64,000 nucleotides of DNA from a bacterium (GTDB lineage Bacteria; Spirochaetota; Spirochaetia; Sphaerochaetales; Sphaerochaetaceae). This document shows, in pieces, positions 46,354-57,226 of the stretch. Where the stretch lies: assembly GCA_963640795.1 (NCBI GenBank), contig CAVIAZ010000001.1:1282-65281 (forward strand). Direction: 5' to 3'. The notes beneath the pieces were generated by a model that did not search any database, was not told where the DNA came from, and saw only the letters and a list, made by a program, of their open reading frames with translations. The number at the start of each line of letters is the position of its first letter. Positions within the stretch are counted from its first letter, which is position 1. Both the position numbers and the translations under genes were made by a program.

Positions 46354-48897
46354 ATGAGAAAAAGTAAGATTGTTATTACTTTAATTATCATGATGTTTCT
46401 TATCCTGCCACTCTGGGCCGAATCGGGTGATGAATGGTATATAGGTAAAAAGATAAGTGCAATAGAGACAACAGGTCTTGTCAATGTCAAGGAAAAGACA
46501 GTTACTGCCATTACAGGTGAATATGTAGGGAAAGAGTTCTCAAACGAACTCTTCGACGAACTCTATGAGGAGTTATATTCCCAGTCCTGGCTTGATTATA
46601 TGCTTGTCGATGCAGAAAGAGATTCCATTGACGAAAACGGCGTTGTACTCTCTATTGATATATATGAAAACCCGATGATTTCATCTGTTGAAATTGAAGG
46701 TAACGACAGGATAGGAAAAACAACTCTTCTCTCCAGCCAGAGCCTTAGCAAGGGGGGCTGGTACTCTACAAATAATATAAATGCCAATGCTTCACTTATT
46801 CATGACCATTATGTTTCAAAGGGCTATAAGGATGCCACAGTCACAGGAGAGGTGATTGAGGACAGTGAGTCTAATACAGTCAGCGTGAAGTTTACAGTAA
46901 GTGAAGGTAAACAGTACAAGGTAAGGAGTATTTCCTTCGAAGGTAATGAATCAATAGCATCAAAGGAGCTTAAGAGCAAGCTCACAAGCAAGGAGAAATC
47001 CTTCTTCAACTCCGGTAATTTCATTGAAGCTAATGTTTCGGCAGACGAGGCAACAATTATCAACTACTACGGAACTAAGGGTTATCCTTATGCCAACATA
47101 AAGGAAGTCAGGATTGAAGAGCTTGAAGACGAAGAGACAGATTCAACAATCTATCTTGCAATAACATTTGTCCTTGAGGAAGGGGAGCTCTGGACGGTCG
47201 GTACTGTGAGCTTTGAGGGAAACAGCGTCTTCACATCAGAGGAACTTTCATCTCTTGTGACCTTCACTTCCGGTGATCTCTATAACAGCAGCAAGGTACA
47301 GACGCTCTTCGAGAGCCTTGCTTCGAAATACTATGATGACGGATATGTTTATTCATCTATTTCTCCTGTTATTGAAGAGGCGGAAGGGAATAAGGTGAAT
47401 ATTACCTTTGAAATTTCTGAGGGTCCTCAGACAGTTGTCGAGGAAGTCAGGATTAATGGTCTGACAAAGACCAAGGCTTATGTGCTTGAAAGGGAGCTGG
47501 CACTTCATGTCGGGGATGTCTTCTCCCGCTCTGACTTCATCCAGTCCCAGCAGAACATGTATAACACATCCCTTCTCAAGGACATCAAGGCAAGTATCTA
47601 CCCGGGTACCACCGAAAACGGAATTATCTGCCAGTTCGACGTTGAAGAGGGTAATACTATGGAACTCCAGTTCGGTGCCACATTCGGTGCTACTGAAGTC
47701 GACGGTTTCCCTGTCTCGGGATTTTTGAGCCTTTCAAACACAAACCTCGGTGGAACGGGAAGGACTCTCACAGCTTCAACTGAACTGAGTCCGACAACCC
47801 AGGCTCTCTCACTTTCTCTCTCAGACAGCTGGTTCGGAAATACCAGATGGTCCAATTCCATCAGTTTCTCGGCTGCAAGGAATGTGAGAAGCAGTGTCCT
47901 CCAGCGCGGAGTAGGCTCAGACTACTATGACGGCAGGGACAGCGAAGGAAAGACATATCCTCTCGGCTATAATTCAGCTTCCGAGTGGTATGCATCGAAC
48001 CAGACAACACCGGGTTCATCGAACCTGATGAAATATGATAACTATTCATTCACTGTGGGTTATACTTCAGGCTATTCATGGGTATTCTCCCCGGGAACTC
48101 TGTCGGTTTCCGGTGGACTTTCTGTGGGTCTCAACAGGGCTTACTATGATGACACCAAGTACGATCCGTATGAAAAGCTCATCAAGAAGTACCATGATGC
48201 ATGGCAGTTCTCGAATAAACTTACTGCTTCTCTCGGATGGGATGCACGTAACTACGTAAGCAGAACTCCTCACGGCTATGTGGCTTCCCTGTCATATACT
48301 TATGCAGGAGGTTTCCTCGGAGGACTATCAAACTATAACAAGATTTCCCTCTCTCTAAGCATGTACACGGGAGTCCTTAGAATTGAGAACAAGGAGAAGG
48401 ACACGGCAAAGAATGTCATCCTCGGGTTCTCGAGTGAAGTTGACTTCATGATGCCACAGTACTGGAACAAGGATGATGCCGGCTGGAAGTGGTACGATGC
48501 TAAAGATGGTGCGACCAAGTACGAAATGCTCTACATTGACGGTATGAACATCGGACGCGGGTTCTCAGTGCAGACAGATAAGGCATTCCTCTGGAATAAC
48601 CAGGTTGACCTTACATATCCTCTGGCTGAAGATATCATATCACTGGAAGGATTTGTCAGCGGAACGGCAGTGACTGCTGATCTCTCTGATATCAGTTTCG
48701 GTTCTCTTGACTGGTACTATGCTGCGGGGTTCGGAATAAAAATGGAAATTCCAGGGTTCCCGCTTGGACTTTATCTTGTTAAAAATGCTACAATGCTTAG
48801 CGGCGAGAGCTTTACTTTCAAGAAAGGTTCGCTCTTCAGCTGGGGAGACAAGGGTGGCATGAGCCTCGTTCTGGCTATTACCACCTCGATATACTGA
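46354..48897 (+). CDS. bamA: outer-membrane protein assembly factor BamA (Omp85)
   Basis: Signal peptide, repeated POTRA-like modules (...ISAIETTGL, VSSVEIEGN, VRSISFEGN, VGTVSFEGN, VEEVRINGL...), and a C-terminal 16-strand-type barrel ending in an aromatic residue. Confidence 0.9.
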   Translation: MRKSKIVITLIIMMFLILPLWAESGDEWYIGKKISAIETTGLVNVKEKTVTAITGEYVGKEFSNELFDELYEELYSQSWLDYMLVDAERDSIDENGVVLSIDIYENPMISSVEIEGNDRIGKTTLLSSQSLSKGGWYSTNNINANASLIHDHYVSKGYKDATVTGEVIEDSESNTVSVKFTVSEGKQYKVRSISFEGNESIASKELKSKLTSKEKSFFNSGNFIEANVSADEATIINYYGTKGYPYANIKEVRIEELEDEETDSTIYLAITFVLEEGELWTVGTVSFEGNSVFTSEELSSLVTFTSGDLYNSSKVQTLFESLASKYYDDGYVYSSISPVIEEAEGNKVNITFEISEGPQTVVEEVRINGLTKTKAYVLERELALHVGDVFSRSDFIQSQQNMYNTSLLKDIKASIYPGTTENGIICQFDVEEGNTMELQFGATFGATEVDGFPVSGFLSLSNTNLGGTGRTLTASTELSPTTQALSLSLSDSWFGNTRWSNSISFSAARNVRSSVLQRGVGSDYYDGRDSEGKTYPLGYNSASEWYASNQTTPGSSNLMKYDNYSFTVGYTSGYSWVFSPGTLSVSGGLSVGLNRAYYDDTKYDPYEKLIKKYHDAWQFSNKLTASLGWDARNYVSRTPHGYVASLSYTYAGGFLGGLSNYNKISLSLSMYTGVLRIENKEKDTAKNVILGFSSEVDFMMPQYWNKDDAGWKWYDAKDGATKYEMLYIDGMNIGRGFSVQTDKAFLWNNQVDLTYPLAEDIISLEGFVSGTAVTADLSDISFGSLDWYYAAGFGIKMEIPGFPLGLYLVKNATMLSGESFTFKKGSLFSWGDKGGMSLVLAITTSIY

Positions 48898-51467
48898 TGG
48901 AAGAAAAAAGGAACGAGATGACGCCTATGGTGCGTCAGTATATGGAAATAAAAAAAGAGCATCAGGACAAGGTGCTCTTTTTCCGTTTAGGTGATTTCTA
49001 TGAAATGTTCAACGAGGATGCCGTGGAGGTGTCGAAACTGTTGAACCTGACTCTCACGCACCGCGGGACGATGCCGATGTGCGGGATTCCGTATCATGCG
49101 GCAAAGAATTATCTCAAAAGACTTCTTGAATATGGAAAGAAAGTTGCACTTTGCGAACAGTTCGTCACAGACGAGAAAAAGCTTGCCGACAGGCAGGTTA
49201 CAAAGATATATACCCCGGCAACTGTAGTTGATGATGAATATGTTGATTCACTCTCAAGTCAATACATAGTGGCTATTTACAGGGACAGGAAGAATGTCCA
49301 GTGCGCCTGGGCTGATATAACTACAGGAGAATTCAAGGTTACTTCTCTTCCTAGTGAAAAGAACTATGCTTCCCTTGAGTCTCTTTTGATGAAGATTGAG
49401 TCAAAGGAGATTATATGTGAGGATGATACTTATTTTTCCGAAAAGGAGTTCAGACGCATCATAGATAGTCGTGGCGTCATGGTCAGCAAACTTCCGAGCT
49501 GGTATTTCTCACTCAAGGAGGGAAAGAAGGCGGTTGAGAAACAGCTGGGACAGAGTGCTTTGAGGCTGATCGGGATAGGGGAGAAGGACACCCTCCTTTG
49601 TGTAATCGGGGCACTTCTTGACTACATAGAGGAGAATGTGAAGAGCGAACTTCCGCAATTAAGATATATAGAAAAGGTTACAGACTCTTCTTTCATGGTC
49701 CTGAACAGTGCAACCATCAAGAACCTTGAACTTGTACATAATCTCCAGGACAACAGCCAGGCATACACACTCTTTTCAGCTGTAAACAGGACAAGGACAC
49801 CCTCCGGTGCAAGATTTCTCAAGGATGCCATTCTTCATCCTCTTGTCGACATAGAGAAAATCAGGGAAAGGCAGGACTGGATAGAGCGGCTCACCCTTGA
49901 TAGCGCAGAGAATGACAGGGTCCAGAAAAGCCTGTCCCAGATAAGTGACCTTGAAAGACTGAGTGTCAAAAGCAGTATGAAGAGAGTCACTCCAAGAGAC
50001 CTGATTGCTATAAGCGAAAGCACATCCGCATTTCTGGAACTTGTAGAGAAAAATGAAGAGTATCTTACACTTGTGTCTGAGAACTCGTTCGATTTTGCGT
50101 CGCTTATAGACTTCTCTACTGATGTACTCAAGGCAGTCAACAGGGAATGCACCAATATTAACAACGAGGGAACAATAATACTTGACGGCTATGACCCCGA
50201 ACTTGATGAGTTGAGGCATATTTCCTCATCAGGAAACGGGATGCTTGAAGAATACCTGGAGAAGGTCAGGAATGAGACTGGAATTACTACACTCAAATGC
50301 AGTGAGAACAGGATTATCGGGGCATACATTGAAGTCAGCAAGGGACAGTTGGACAGGGTTCCCGATTACTTCATACGACGTCAGACACTAGTCGGTGGTG
50401 AAAGGTTCACAACTCCTGAACTTAATGAGATACAGGAGAAAATCCTTACAAGCAAGGATGAGGAGAACCGTAAGGAAAGGGAGATTTACAATTCCTTCGT
50501 AAACAGGGCCTATGCCCTCTATCTTGATATAGAGAAGATGGGAAGGGTGGTGACACTTCTTGATTTCTACTCCTCGGGTAGCAGACTTGCCACAGAAAAG
50601 AATTATGTCAGACCTGAAATGAGAGAAAGCGGGGAGATGGATATTGTTGACGGAAGACACCCCGTTGTTGAGGATTTTACCGATAACTATATTCCGAATT
50701 CGTTTTCAAGTTCCTCATCACGCTTCAGTCTGATCACAGGACCTAACATGGCAGGTAAGTCAACATACCTCAGGGAGATAGCACTCATAACTCTTCTTGC
50801 ACATACAGGGTATTTCGTCCCTGCAAAGAGTGCGATAATACCACTGACGGACAGGATTTTCTGCCGTGTAGGTGCAAGTGACAACCTCTCGAAGGGGGAG
50901 AGTACATTCCTTGTTGAGATGAGTGAGTCGGCCCAGATTCTTCTCTCCCTTACCTCAAGAAGTCTTGTAATAATGGATGAGATAGGGCGCGGTACATCCA
51001 CCCAGGACGGGATGAGCATTGCCTATGCCATTATGAACTATCTCAAACGTTCAGGAGCAATAACCCTCTTTTCGACACATTATCATGAGCTCACAATGCT
51101 CGACACTACAGGCATACAGCTCCTCCATATGGCGGTTCTTGAGGAAAAGAACCAGATAACTTTCCTCAGAAAAGCAGAAAAAGGAGTTGCGACGTCTAGC
51201 TACGGCATACATGTAGCAAAGCTTGCCGGGATTCCGAGAGAGATTATCAACGAGGCAAACTCCTTCATGAAGAAGCACTTTGCAGATTATTCGATGATCA
51301 GTGAGGAGGGAAATCTCTTTACTTCCGATTCTCATGATATTACCCTCTCTGATGAGATAATCGACACACTTTCTGCTTTTGATGAGAACAGTTCGACACC
51401 TCTTGAGGCACTCATGCTGGTTTCAGATTTAAAAAAGAAGATAGAGGATGACAAAAAAGAAATATAA
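48897..51467 (+). CDS. mutS: DNA mismatch repair protein MutS
   Basis: TPMVRQYMEIKKEHQDKVLFFRLGDFYEMF, Walker A GPNMAGKST, DEIGRGTST and TH(Y)HEL motifs. The start ATG overlaps the bamA TGA (TGATG). Confidence 0.95.
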   Translation: MEEKRNEMTPMVRQYMEIKKEHQDKVLFFRLGDFYEMFNEDAVEVSKLLNLTLTHRGTMPMCGIPYHAAKNYLKRLLEYGKKVALCEQFVTDEKKLADRQVTKIYTPATVVDDEYVDSLSSQYIVAIYRDRKNVQCAWADITTGEFKVTSLPSEKNYASLESLLMKIESKEIICEDDTYFSEKEFRRIIDSRGVMVSKLPSWYFSLKEGKKAVEKQLGQSALRLIGIGEKDTLLCVIGALLDYIEENVKSELPQLRYIEKVTDSSFMVLNSATIKNLELVHNLQDNSQAYTLFSAVNRTRTPSGARFLKDAILHPLVDIEKIRERQDWIERLTLDSAENDRVQKSLSQISDLERLSVKSSMKRVTPRDLIAISESTSAFLELVEKNEEYLTLVSENSFDFASLIDFSTDVLKAVNRECTNINNEGTIILDGYDPELDELRHISSSGNGMLEEYLEKVRNETGITTLKCSENRIIGAYIEVSKGQLDRVPDYFIRRQTLVGGERFTTPELNEIQEKILTSKDEENRKEREIYNSFVNRAYALYLDIEKMGRVVTLLDFYSSGSRLATEKNYVRPEMRESGEMDIVDGRHPVVEDFTDNYIPNSFSSSSSRFSLITGPNMAGKSTYLREIALITLLAHTGYFVPAKSAIIPLTDRIFCRVGASDNLSKGESTFLVEMSESAQILLSLTSRSLVIMDEIGRGTSTQDGMSIAYAIMNYLKRSGAITLFSTHYHELTMLDTTGIQLLHMAVLEEKNQITFLRKAEKGVATSSYGIHVAKLAGIPREIINEANSFMKKHFADYSMISEEGNLFTSDSHDITLSDEIIDTLSAFDENSSTPLEALMLVSDLKKKIEDDKKEI

Positions 51468-51481
51468 GGTATAGTTGGATT

Positions 51482-52171
51482 ATGAATTCATACCAGATGA
51501 TATTTACAATAAGTGTTGTTGTATGTTCGCTTCTATGTGCAGTTCATCTCGACAGGCGTACGATTCAGCGTGAAAAGGTTGGTGATATAACAAAATGCTT
51601 TCTGATGCCGTCCCTGTATTTCACGCTTTATACGGCATCTTATGCCTTTCCGCGTGACATTGCCCGCCCGTGGATGCTTCTCTTAATTGCCTTCTTCTAC
51701 ACTCTGGGCGATATCCTGCTTTTGAAGAAGACTCCATTTTTGAGATTTGTCATCGGAGCAATTTCGTTCTCCTGCGGCCATATGATTTATGTCATATACT
51801 TCTCCTTCTTCGGACTCAATATATATACACTTGTTGCAGGAATGGTGATTTTCGGTATCCCATACTTTGCCATAGTAAAATATGTCCTGACAAAGAACCC
51901 GAAACACGGCTACGGGGTACTCATCTATGCATTCACTCTTTATCTCTTTGCAATCGGGATGAGTGCAGTTTTCTCGTTTGAATATCTGAAAACATCCATC
52001 CTGGTTATAGTAGGTGTACTCCTCTTCATCTTCTCTGACAGCAGGATAGCAATAAATGCAATAAGTGAATCCAATTCCCACAGTTCATTTATCATCATGC
52101 TGACATATATTCTTGCTAATCTCTTCCTTGTCCTGGGAGTATGGTGTATTAACGTACCTGTAGCCACTTGA
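51482..52171 (+). CDS. YhhN-family membrane protein (lysoplasmalogenase-like)
   Basis: 229 aa, about 8 TM helices, with the two characteristic acidic motifs FYTLGDILLL and LFIFSDSRIA. Confidence 0.65.
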   Translation: MNSYQMIFTISVVVCSLLCAVHLDRRTIQREKVGDITKCFLMPSLYFTLYTASYAFPRDIARPWMLLLIAFFYTLGDILLLKKTPFLRFVIGAISFSCGHMIYVIYFSFFGLNIYTLVAGMVIFGIPYFAIVKYVLTKNPKHGYGVLIYAFTLYLFAIGMSAVFSFEYLKTSILVIVGVLLFIFSDSRIAINAISESNSHSSFIIMLTYILANLFLVLGVWCINVPVAT

Positions 52172-52223
52172 CATGAAAGGAAAAGAAAAGTATTTTCTCT
52201 ATAGTTTCATTTAAAGTAATTTA

Positions 52224-52255
52224 AAAGGGACCGGTTAAGCCGAGTCCCTTTATTT
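52224..52255 (+). terminator. rho-independent terminator after the YhhN gene
   Basis: Long stem AAAGGGACCGG / CCGAGTCCCTTT (one bulge), followed by a T-rich tail. Confidence 0.65.
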
Positions 52256-52759
52256 ATGAGGAATATGATGTTGAATTTTGGAGAAGAGAAAAAGGAGCTG
52301 TTTGTTGAGATTGAAGCTCTTGTCTCGTCGCTTTCCCTCGTTCCTGTTGAGGTGACAAGGTCTGACAGCCAGAGCCAGACCCAGCTGACTGTCATTCTCT
52401 ATAACAGGGAAAAGGATATAACAGTTGATGAGCTTGAGGCTGCATACAACATAATATATCCACGCTACAGTGTGCTTCTCGGAGACAGGGACCTAAACCT
52501 TGAAGTTTCAAGCCCGGGACTTGAAAGGAAGTTCAAGGACTATCATGAGTTTGAAGTTTTTTGTGGTAAGCGGGTAAGGCTTTACTCTTCAGAGTGTTCC
52601 AGCTACATATCTGGGATAATAGAGAAGGCAGATTCTGATTCAGTCACACTTACTTCCTACCTGGTGGAGGACAGGAAGGAGACGGGAGAGAGAATTGAAG
52701 TTAAATATAATACGATAGCAAAAGCAAAACTTGATTATTCTTGGGAGGATAAAAAATGA
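52256..52759 (+). CDS. rimP: ribosome maturation factor RimP
   Basis: Position directly upstream of nusA-infB, size and a ...LEVSSPGLERKFK... motif. The true start may be ATG 52265 or 52268, because 52256 abuts the terminator tail. Confidence 0.8.
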   Translation: MRNMMLNFGEEKKELFVEIEALVSSLSLVPVEVTRSDSQSQTQLTVILYNREKDITVDELEAAYNIIYPRYSVLLGDRDLNLEVSSPGLERKFKDYHEFEVFCGKRVRLYSSECSSYISGIIEKADSDSVTLTSYLVEDRKETGERIEVKYNTIAKAKLDYSWEDKK

Positions 52760-54279
52760 TTAATCTGACTGGCGAAATTAACGCTATGATGCTTGAACGT
52801 GATATGAAGTTCCCTGAAGTCACATCCCTGATCAGGGATATGCTCCGTTCAGCCTATAAAAGGAAGTTCGGAACCGATGAGAACGTAAAGATTAAATTCT
52901 ATGAGGACACAAAGCACAACTACTTTGTGGAAATCTTTGCAAAAAAGGAAGTTGTCAACGAAGAGGATTACTATAATGAAGTGACCCAGATTCCGCTTGA
53001 CGAGGCATTGGAGTTTGCAGGTGAGGATTCAGGTATCGACGTGGGAGACTCACTTGAGATTTCACTTGATCCCAAGACCTTCGAGTATTCTGCCGTGCAG
53101 TCTGCAAAGCAGCGCGGACAGGTAGTAAGCAGGGAAATCACAGACGACAAGACCTACTACAAGGCAAAACAGATGGAGTTTACACTCATCAAGGGAGAAC
53201 TCAAGAAGCTGAGCAGGACCAACGACTGGCTTGTCGATATCGGGTTCGGAGAAGAGAATATGGCAGTCTTCCCTGTCAGAGGCCAGTCTCCAAGAGAGAC
53301 ATACGAGCTTGGTGACTCTATCCGCTTCTTTGTTGAGAAGGTTGATAAGGGTGAGGAAGAGCAGGTAAAGGATCCCAAGACAGGAAAGATCAGGAAAAAG
53401 AAGAGGGGAGTAAAGATATATCTCTCACGTTCGTCCAAGGAGTTTGTAAAGGCACTTCTTGAAGGCCAGCTCAGGGAAGAGCTCGATAACGGCAGTGTAG
53501 TTATCAAGGCTATCAGCCGACAGCCGGGAGTCAGGACAAAGATTGCCGTAGATACAAAGAAGAGCGACTGCGATCCAGTCGGAACAACTGTCGGGAAGGA
53601 CGGTGTTAAAATCAAGACTGTCATGAACGAGCTTGAGGGAGAGAAGATTGACATCATCCGCTATAATGCAGATCCGATTGTCTTCATAGCAAACGCACTT
53701 GTTCCTGCACGTGTCGAGAGAGTTCTTGAGATAGATCCCCAGAGCAAGTATGCGATTGCCATCGTTGATGACAGCCAGCAGGGACTTGCAATCGGGCAGG
53801 GCGGTGTCAACGTCAAGCTTGCCAAGGCCCTCTGTGACTGGGTTATTGACGTCAAGACCAAGACACAGTTCAATGAGATGGACCAGACGATGCTCATTCA
53901 CGAGACAGTCGGTTCTCTCTTCAAGGATGGTGATGCGGCGAGAGATGGTGAGGCTGCTGGAGAAGAGACAATCTCCAATGACAGACTCGGAATCGAAGAG
54001 GGGGAGACTCCTATTTCGGATTGTGGGTTTGCCCCGGCACTCGTCGAAAAACTTCATAACATTGACATCTGGTCAATCGAGGAATTCTTTGAGTATTCCA
54101 ATGACGAGCTTCTCGAGAGGGGGCTCTCACAGGATGAGATAGACACAGTCAGGAGCAATGTAGAGATTGTCACCGAAGATGAGGAGTCAGATACATTCGA
54201 GTGTCCTGTCTGTCATAAGTTGGTTCCGTCCACTTCCACGGTATGTCCTCACTGCGGTGCAGAATTTGAGTTTGAGTAA
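52756..54279 (+). CDS. nusA: transcription termination/antitermination factor NusA with C-terminal zinc-ribbon extension
   Basis: An S1 region and two KH modules (DPVGTTVGKDGVKIKTVMNEL; QQGLAIGQGGVNVKLAKAL), an HhH-like region, then a terminal CPVC-x11-CPHC. Confidence 0.92.
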   Translation: MINLTGEINAMMLERDMKFPEVTSLIRDMLRSAYKRKFGTDENVKIKFYEDTKHNYFVEIFAKKEVVNEEDYYNEVTQIPLDEALEFAGEDSGIDVGDSLEISLDPKTFEYSAVQSAKQRGQVVSREITDDKTYYKAKQMEFTLIKGELKKLSRTNDWLVDIGFGEENMAVFPVRGQSPRETYELGDSIRFFVEKVDKGEEEQVKDPKTGKIRKKKRGVKIYLSRSSKEFVKALLEGQLREELDNGSVVIKAISRQPGVRTKIAVDTKKSDCDPVGTTVGKDGVKIKTVMNELEGEKIDIIRYNADPIVFIANALVPARVERVLEIDPQSKYAIAIVDDSQQGLAIGQGGVNVKLAKALCDWVIDVKTKTQFNEMDQTMLIHETVGSLFKDGDAARDGEAAGEETISNDRLGIEEGETPISDCGFAPALVEKLHNIDIWSIEEFFEYSNDELLERGLSQDEIDTVRSNVEIVTEDEESDTFECPVCHKLVPSTSTVCPHCGAEFEFE

Positions 54280-54294
54280 TAGACAAAGGTAAAT

Positions 54295-56877
54295 ATGGCT
54301 GAAGAAAAGAACAAAATAAAAGTTAATATCATCAAGAAGGCTAATGTGCCGAGCCAGGCTAAAGAGAATGAGGAGAAGACACCTGTCCAGGACGACCAGA
54401 ACGAAAAGAAAAAAGTCGTCGTGAAGCTGAAGACTCCCCAGAAGGCTGTTCCCCGCCCTGTTGTAAAGGTCAAGGAGACACATGCCCCGTCTCAACATGA
54501 AGAGACCAGAAAGCCTGTCCAGGCTAAGGAGAATCCTCCTAAGACTAACCCTGCTGCTTCCCAGCAGAGACGTGAGGTCATTGACGGGAAGTCCTTTATG
54601 GCTAACGGATCACACGTCCAGAATACCCGTATACAGTCCACAATCCACTCCGGTCCTGTGATTATCCATACACAGGCTCCGGCAACTCCTGAAGTAAAGA
54701 CAGACACATCCAAACCGCGTGTCCAGGGTGTTGTTGGCGGGAGAAGGGTTGCTGGCAACCAGGTGAGGAACAATAATTACAACAGAGACGGTAAACCCTT
54801 TGTGAAGAGAGATTCCTCCCAGCAGGGAACAAGACCGTCAACTCCCCGTTCATATTCCCCCGACCAGCAGAGACCGGCATTCAACCGACAGCAGAGGCCT
54901 GGTTTTACCCCGCACTTCAACCAGGGGGGAAGACCACAGCCGGGAGCAGGCGGAGCACTTGAGCTCAACCAGAAGAACGGTAACAGGAAGACCAATCTTT
55001 CCTCGCAGTCCAGAAAGAAGGACAAGGACAGCAAGTGGGACAGGGACGAAGAGGTCGATTTCGCATTCGGTAGAAAGAAAAAGGAAGAGGCAAAGCTTGC
55101 TTCTGTTCCTTCTTCAATCGATATCATGGAGAACATCACAGTTGCAGACCTTGCAAAGAAGATGAATCTTAAGGCTTCAGACATCATCTCGAAGCTCTTT
55201 AAGATGGGAATGATGGTGACAATCAACCAGCCTCTTGACCATGACACAGCAGAGATTATTGCTTCCGAGTACGGATGTGCCGTTCACCTTGTGTCTCTCT
55301 ATGATGAGACAGTCATCGAGACCGAGGAAGACAAAGAGGAGGATCTTGTTCCGAGACCGCCTATTGTCACAATCATGGGCCATGTCGACCATGGTAAGAC
55401 AAAGCTTCTTGACGCAATCAGAAGCACCAACGTTGTTGCAGGTGAATATGGTGGAATTACACAGCATATAGGAGCATACAAGGTCTCAGTTCCTGACAAG
55501 GGAGACATCGTTTTCCTTGATACTCCGGGCCATGCAGCTTTCTCTATGATGAGAGCCCGCGGTGCGCAGGTTACAGACATTGTTGTCCTTGTTGTTGCAG
55601 CAAATGACGGTGTCATGCCACAGACAAGAGAAGCCATTGACCATGCAAAGGCAGCAAAGGTTCCTATCATAGTAGCAATCAACAAGTGTGATCTTCCAGA
55701 GGCAAATCCTGACAGGGTAAAGCAGCAGCTTTCTGACCTCGGACTTATGCCTGAGGACTGGGGTGGACAGACCCTCTATTGCGAGATTTCTGCTCTCAAG
55801 AAGATGGGTATTGATAATCTTCTCGATACTATTCTTCTCCAGGCCGAGATGCTCGAACTTAAGGCTAATCCCAATTGCAGGGCATGCGGAAAGGTGCTTG
55901 AGAGTAAGATTGACCCGGGACGCGGTACAGTTGCAACTGTAATCGTCGAGAAAGGTACACTCAGGCAGGGTGACTACTATGTCGCAGGAATATATTCAGG
56001 CCGTGTCAGGGCAATGTTTGACGACAACGGCAGAAAGATTACAGAGGCCGGTCCTTCTACTCCGGTAGAGATTATAGGACTATCGAACATACCGCAGGCA
56101 GGAGACCCGTTCCAGGTTACAGAGGACGAGAAGACTGCAAGAAGTATTGCAACCAAACGCCAGGAACTTGAGAGACTTGGTGAAGGTAACTCAAGAAGCA
56201 AAGTCACACTTGAGAACTTCAATGAGAAGATCAAGGAAGGCAAGGTTACAGACTTCAATGTCGTCATCAAGGGTGACGTGCAGGGATCCGTCGAAGCTCT
56301 CACGGGAGTACTCGAGAAGCTCAGCACAGATGAAATCAAGCTCAATGTCATCCGTGCTTCGGCCGGTGCAATCATCGAGAGTGATATTACCCTTGCATCC
56401 GCTTCCGATGCCATCGTTATCGGCTTCAACGTCAGACCGACCCCCCGTGCACAGGCACTGGCCAACGAGGAGAAAGTCGAGATCAAGAAGTACAATATCA
56501 TCTACGATGTGGTTGACGACATCAAGGCAGCAATGGAAGGCATGCTCAGTCCTGTTACAAGGGATGTAGATATCGGAAAGGTTGAGGTCAGAGATACCTT
56601 CAAGGTGCCTAAGGTCGGCGTGATTGCTGGATGTATGGTTACAGAGGGTAAGGTCAAGCGCAATAGCCGTGTAAGGGTCATCAGAGATTCCATACAGCTT
56701 AACAAAGATCTTATCAAGATATCTTCACTCAAGAGATTCAAGGATGATGCAAAGGAAGTTCAGGAAGGATTCGAATGCGGTATCGGACTCGAAAACTGGC
56801 AGGACCTCCAGCTTGGTGATATCCTCGAAATTGTTGAGATAGAAGAAGTTAAGAGGACATTAGACTTCAATGAGTGA
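54295..56877 (+). CDS. infB: translation initiation factor IF-2
   Basis: Low-complexity basic, P/Q-rich N-terminus, then the GTPase domain ([25 protein letters not shown]) and C-terminal IF2 domains. 860 aa. Confidence 0.97.
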   Translation: MAEEKNKIKVNIIKKANVPSQAKENEEKTPVQDDQNEKKKVVVKLKTPQKAVPRPVVKVKETHAPSQHEETRKPVQAKENPPKTNPAASQQRREVIDGKSFMANGSHVQNTRIQSTIHSGPVIIHTQAPATPEVKTDTSKPRVQGVVGGRRVAGNQVRNNNYNRDGKPFVKRDSSQQGTRPSTPRSYSPDQQRPAFNRQQRPGFTPHFNQGGRPQPGAGGALELNQKNGNRKTNLSSQSRKKDKDSKWDRDEEVDFAFGRKKKEEAKLASVPSSIDIMENITVADLAKKMNLKASDIISKLFKMGMMVTINQPLDHDTAEIIASEYGCAVHLVSLYDETVIETEEDKEEDLVPRPPIVTIMGHVDHGKTKLLDAIRSTNVVAGEYGGITQHIGAYKVSVPDKGDIVFLDTPGHAAFSMMRARGAQVTDIVVLVVAANDGVMPQTREAIDHAKAAKVPIIVAINKCDLPEANPDRVKQQLSDLGLMPEDWGGQTLYCEISALKKMGIDNLLDTILLQAEMLELKANPNCRACGKVLESKIDPGRGTVATVIVEKGTLRQGDYYVAGIYSGRVRAMFDDNGRKITEAGPSTPVEIIGLSNIPQAGDPFQVTEDEKTARSIATKRQELERLGEGNSRSKVTLENFNEKIKEGKVTDFNVVIKGDVQGSVEALTGVLEKLSTDEIKLNVIRASAGAIIESDITLASASDAIVIGFNVRPTPRAQALANEEKVEIKKYNIIYDVVDDIKAAMEGMLSPVTRDVDIGKVEVRDTFKVPKVGVIAGCMVTEGKVKRNSRVRVIRDSIQLNKDLIKISSLKRFKDDAKEVQEGFECGIGLENWQDLQLGDILEIVEIEEVKRTLDFNE

Positions 56878-57226
56878 GTTCAGCCAGCCGAGATTGGAAT
56901 CCAGGATTATTGAGGGAGTATCATCCCTCATAGTCTCTGGTGCCATCAAGAACCATAACCTGAGCACCCTTGTCAGTGTGACAGGGGTTGACCTCAGTCC
57001 CGACAACAGCCAGGCAAAGGTCTATATATCATACATAAATGACGACCAGACTCTGGAGAAATCAGTGCTTGCCCTCAACCAGGCTTCTGCCTTTATACAG
57101 GGGAGGATTGCTAAGCTTCTGAGGACCAAGAAGACCCCCGTACTCACATTTGTGAAGGACAGCTCCTGGATTGAAGGAGAAAAGCTCAACAGACTGATTG
57201 ATGAGCTCAACAGAAAGGATGAGTAG
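56870..57226 (+). CDS. rbfA: ribosome-binding factor A
   Basis: 118 aa, conserved position after infB, KH-like core (...VSVTGVDLSPDNSQAKVYIS...). Confidence 0.85.
   Translation: MSEFSQPRLESRIIEGVSSLIVSGAIKNHNLSTLVSVTGVDLSPDNSQAKVYISYINDDQTLEKSVLALNQASAFIQGRIAKLLRTKKTPVLTFVKDSSWIEGEKLNRLIDELNRKDE

Noticed and set aside
53425-54057. 210-aa ORF antisense to nusA, and similar long antisense ORFs at 55977-56501, 54777-55247, 38777-39283, 18901-19386, 15543-16019, 4568-5038 and 21140-21577
   Set aside because: All lie fully inside strongly supported conserved genes on the opposite strand. Their translations are low-complexity (S/L/R/P-rich) with no motifs or start-site context. This is the typical shadow-ORF pattern caused by codon bias of the real gene.
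54187-54498. Two minus-strand ORFs (74 and 103 aa) spanning the nusA-infB junction
   Set aside because: They are antisense to the nusA 3' end and infB 5' end, with hydrophobic low-complexity translations driven by the A/G-rich sense strand (a Lys/Glu-rich IF2 N-terminus). No start context.
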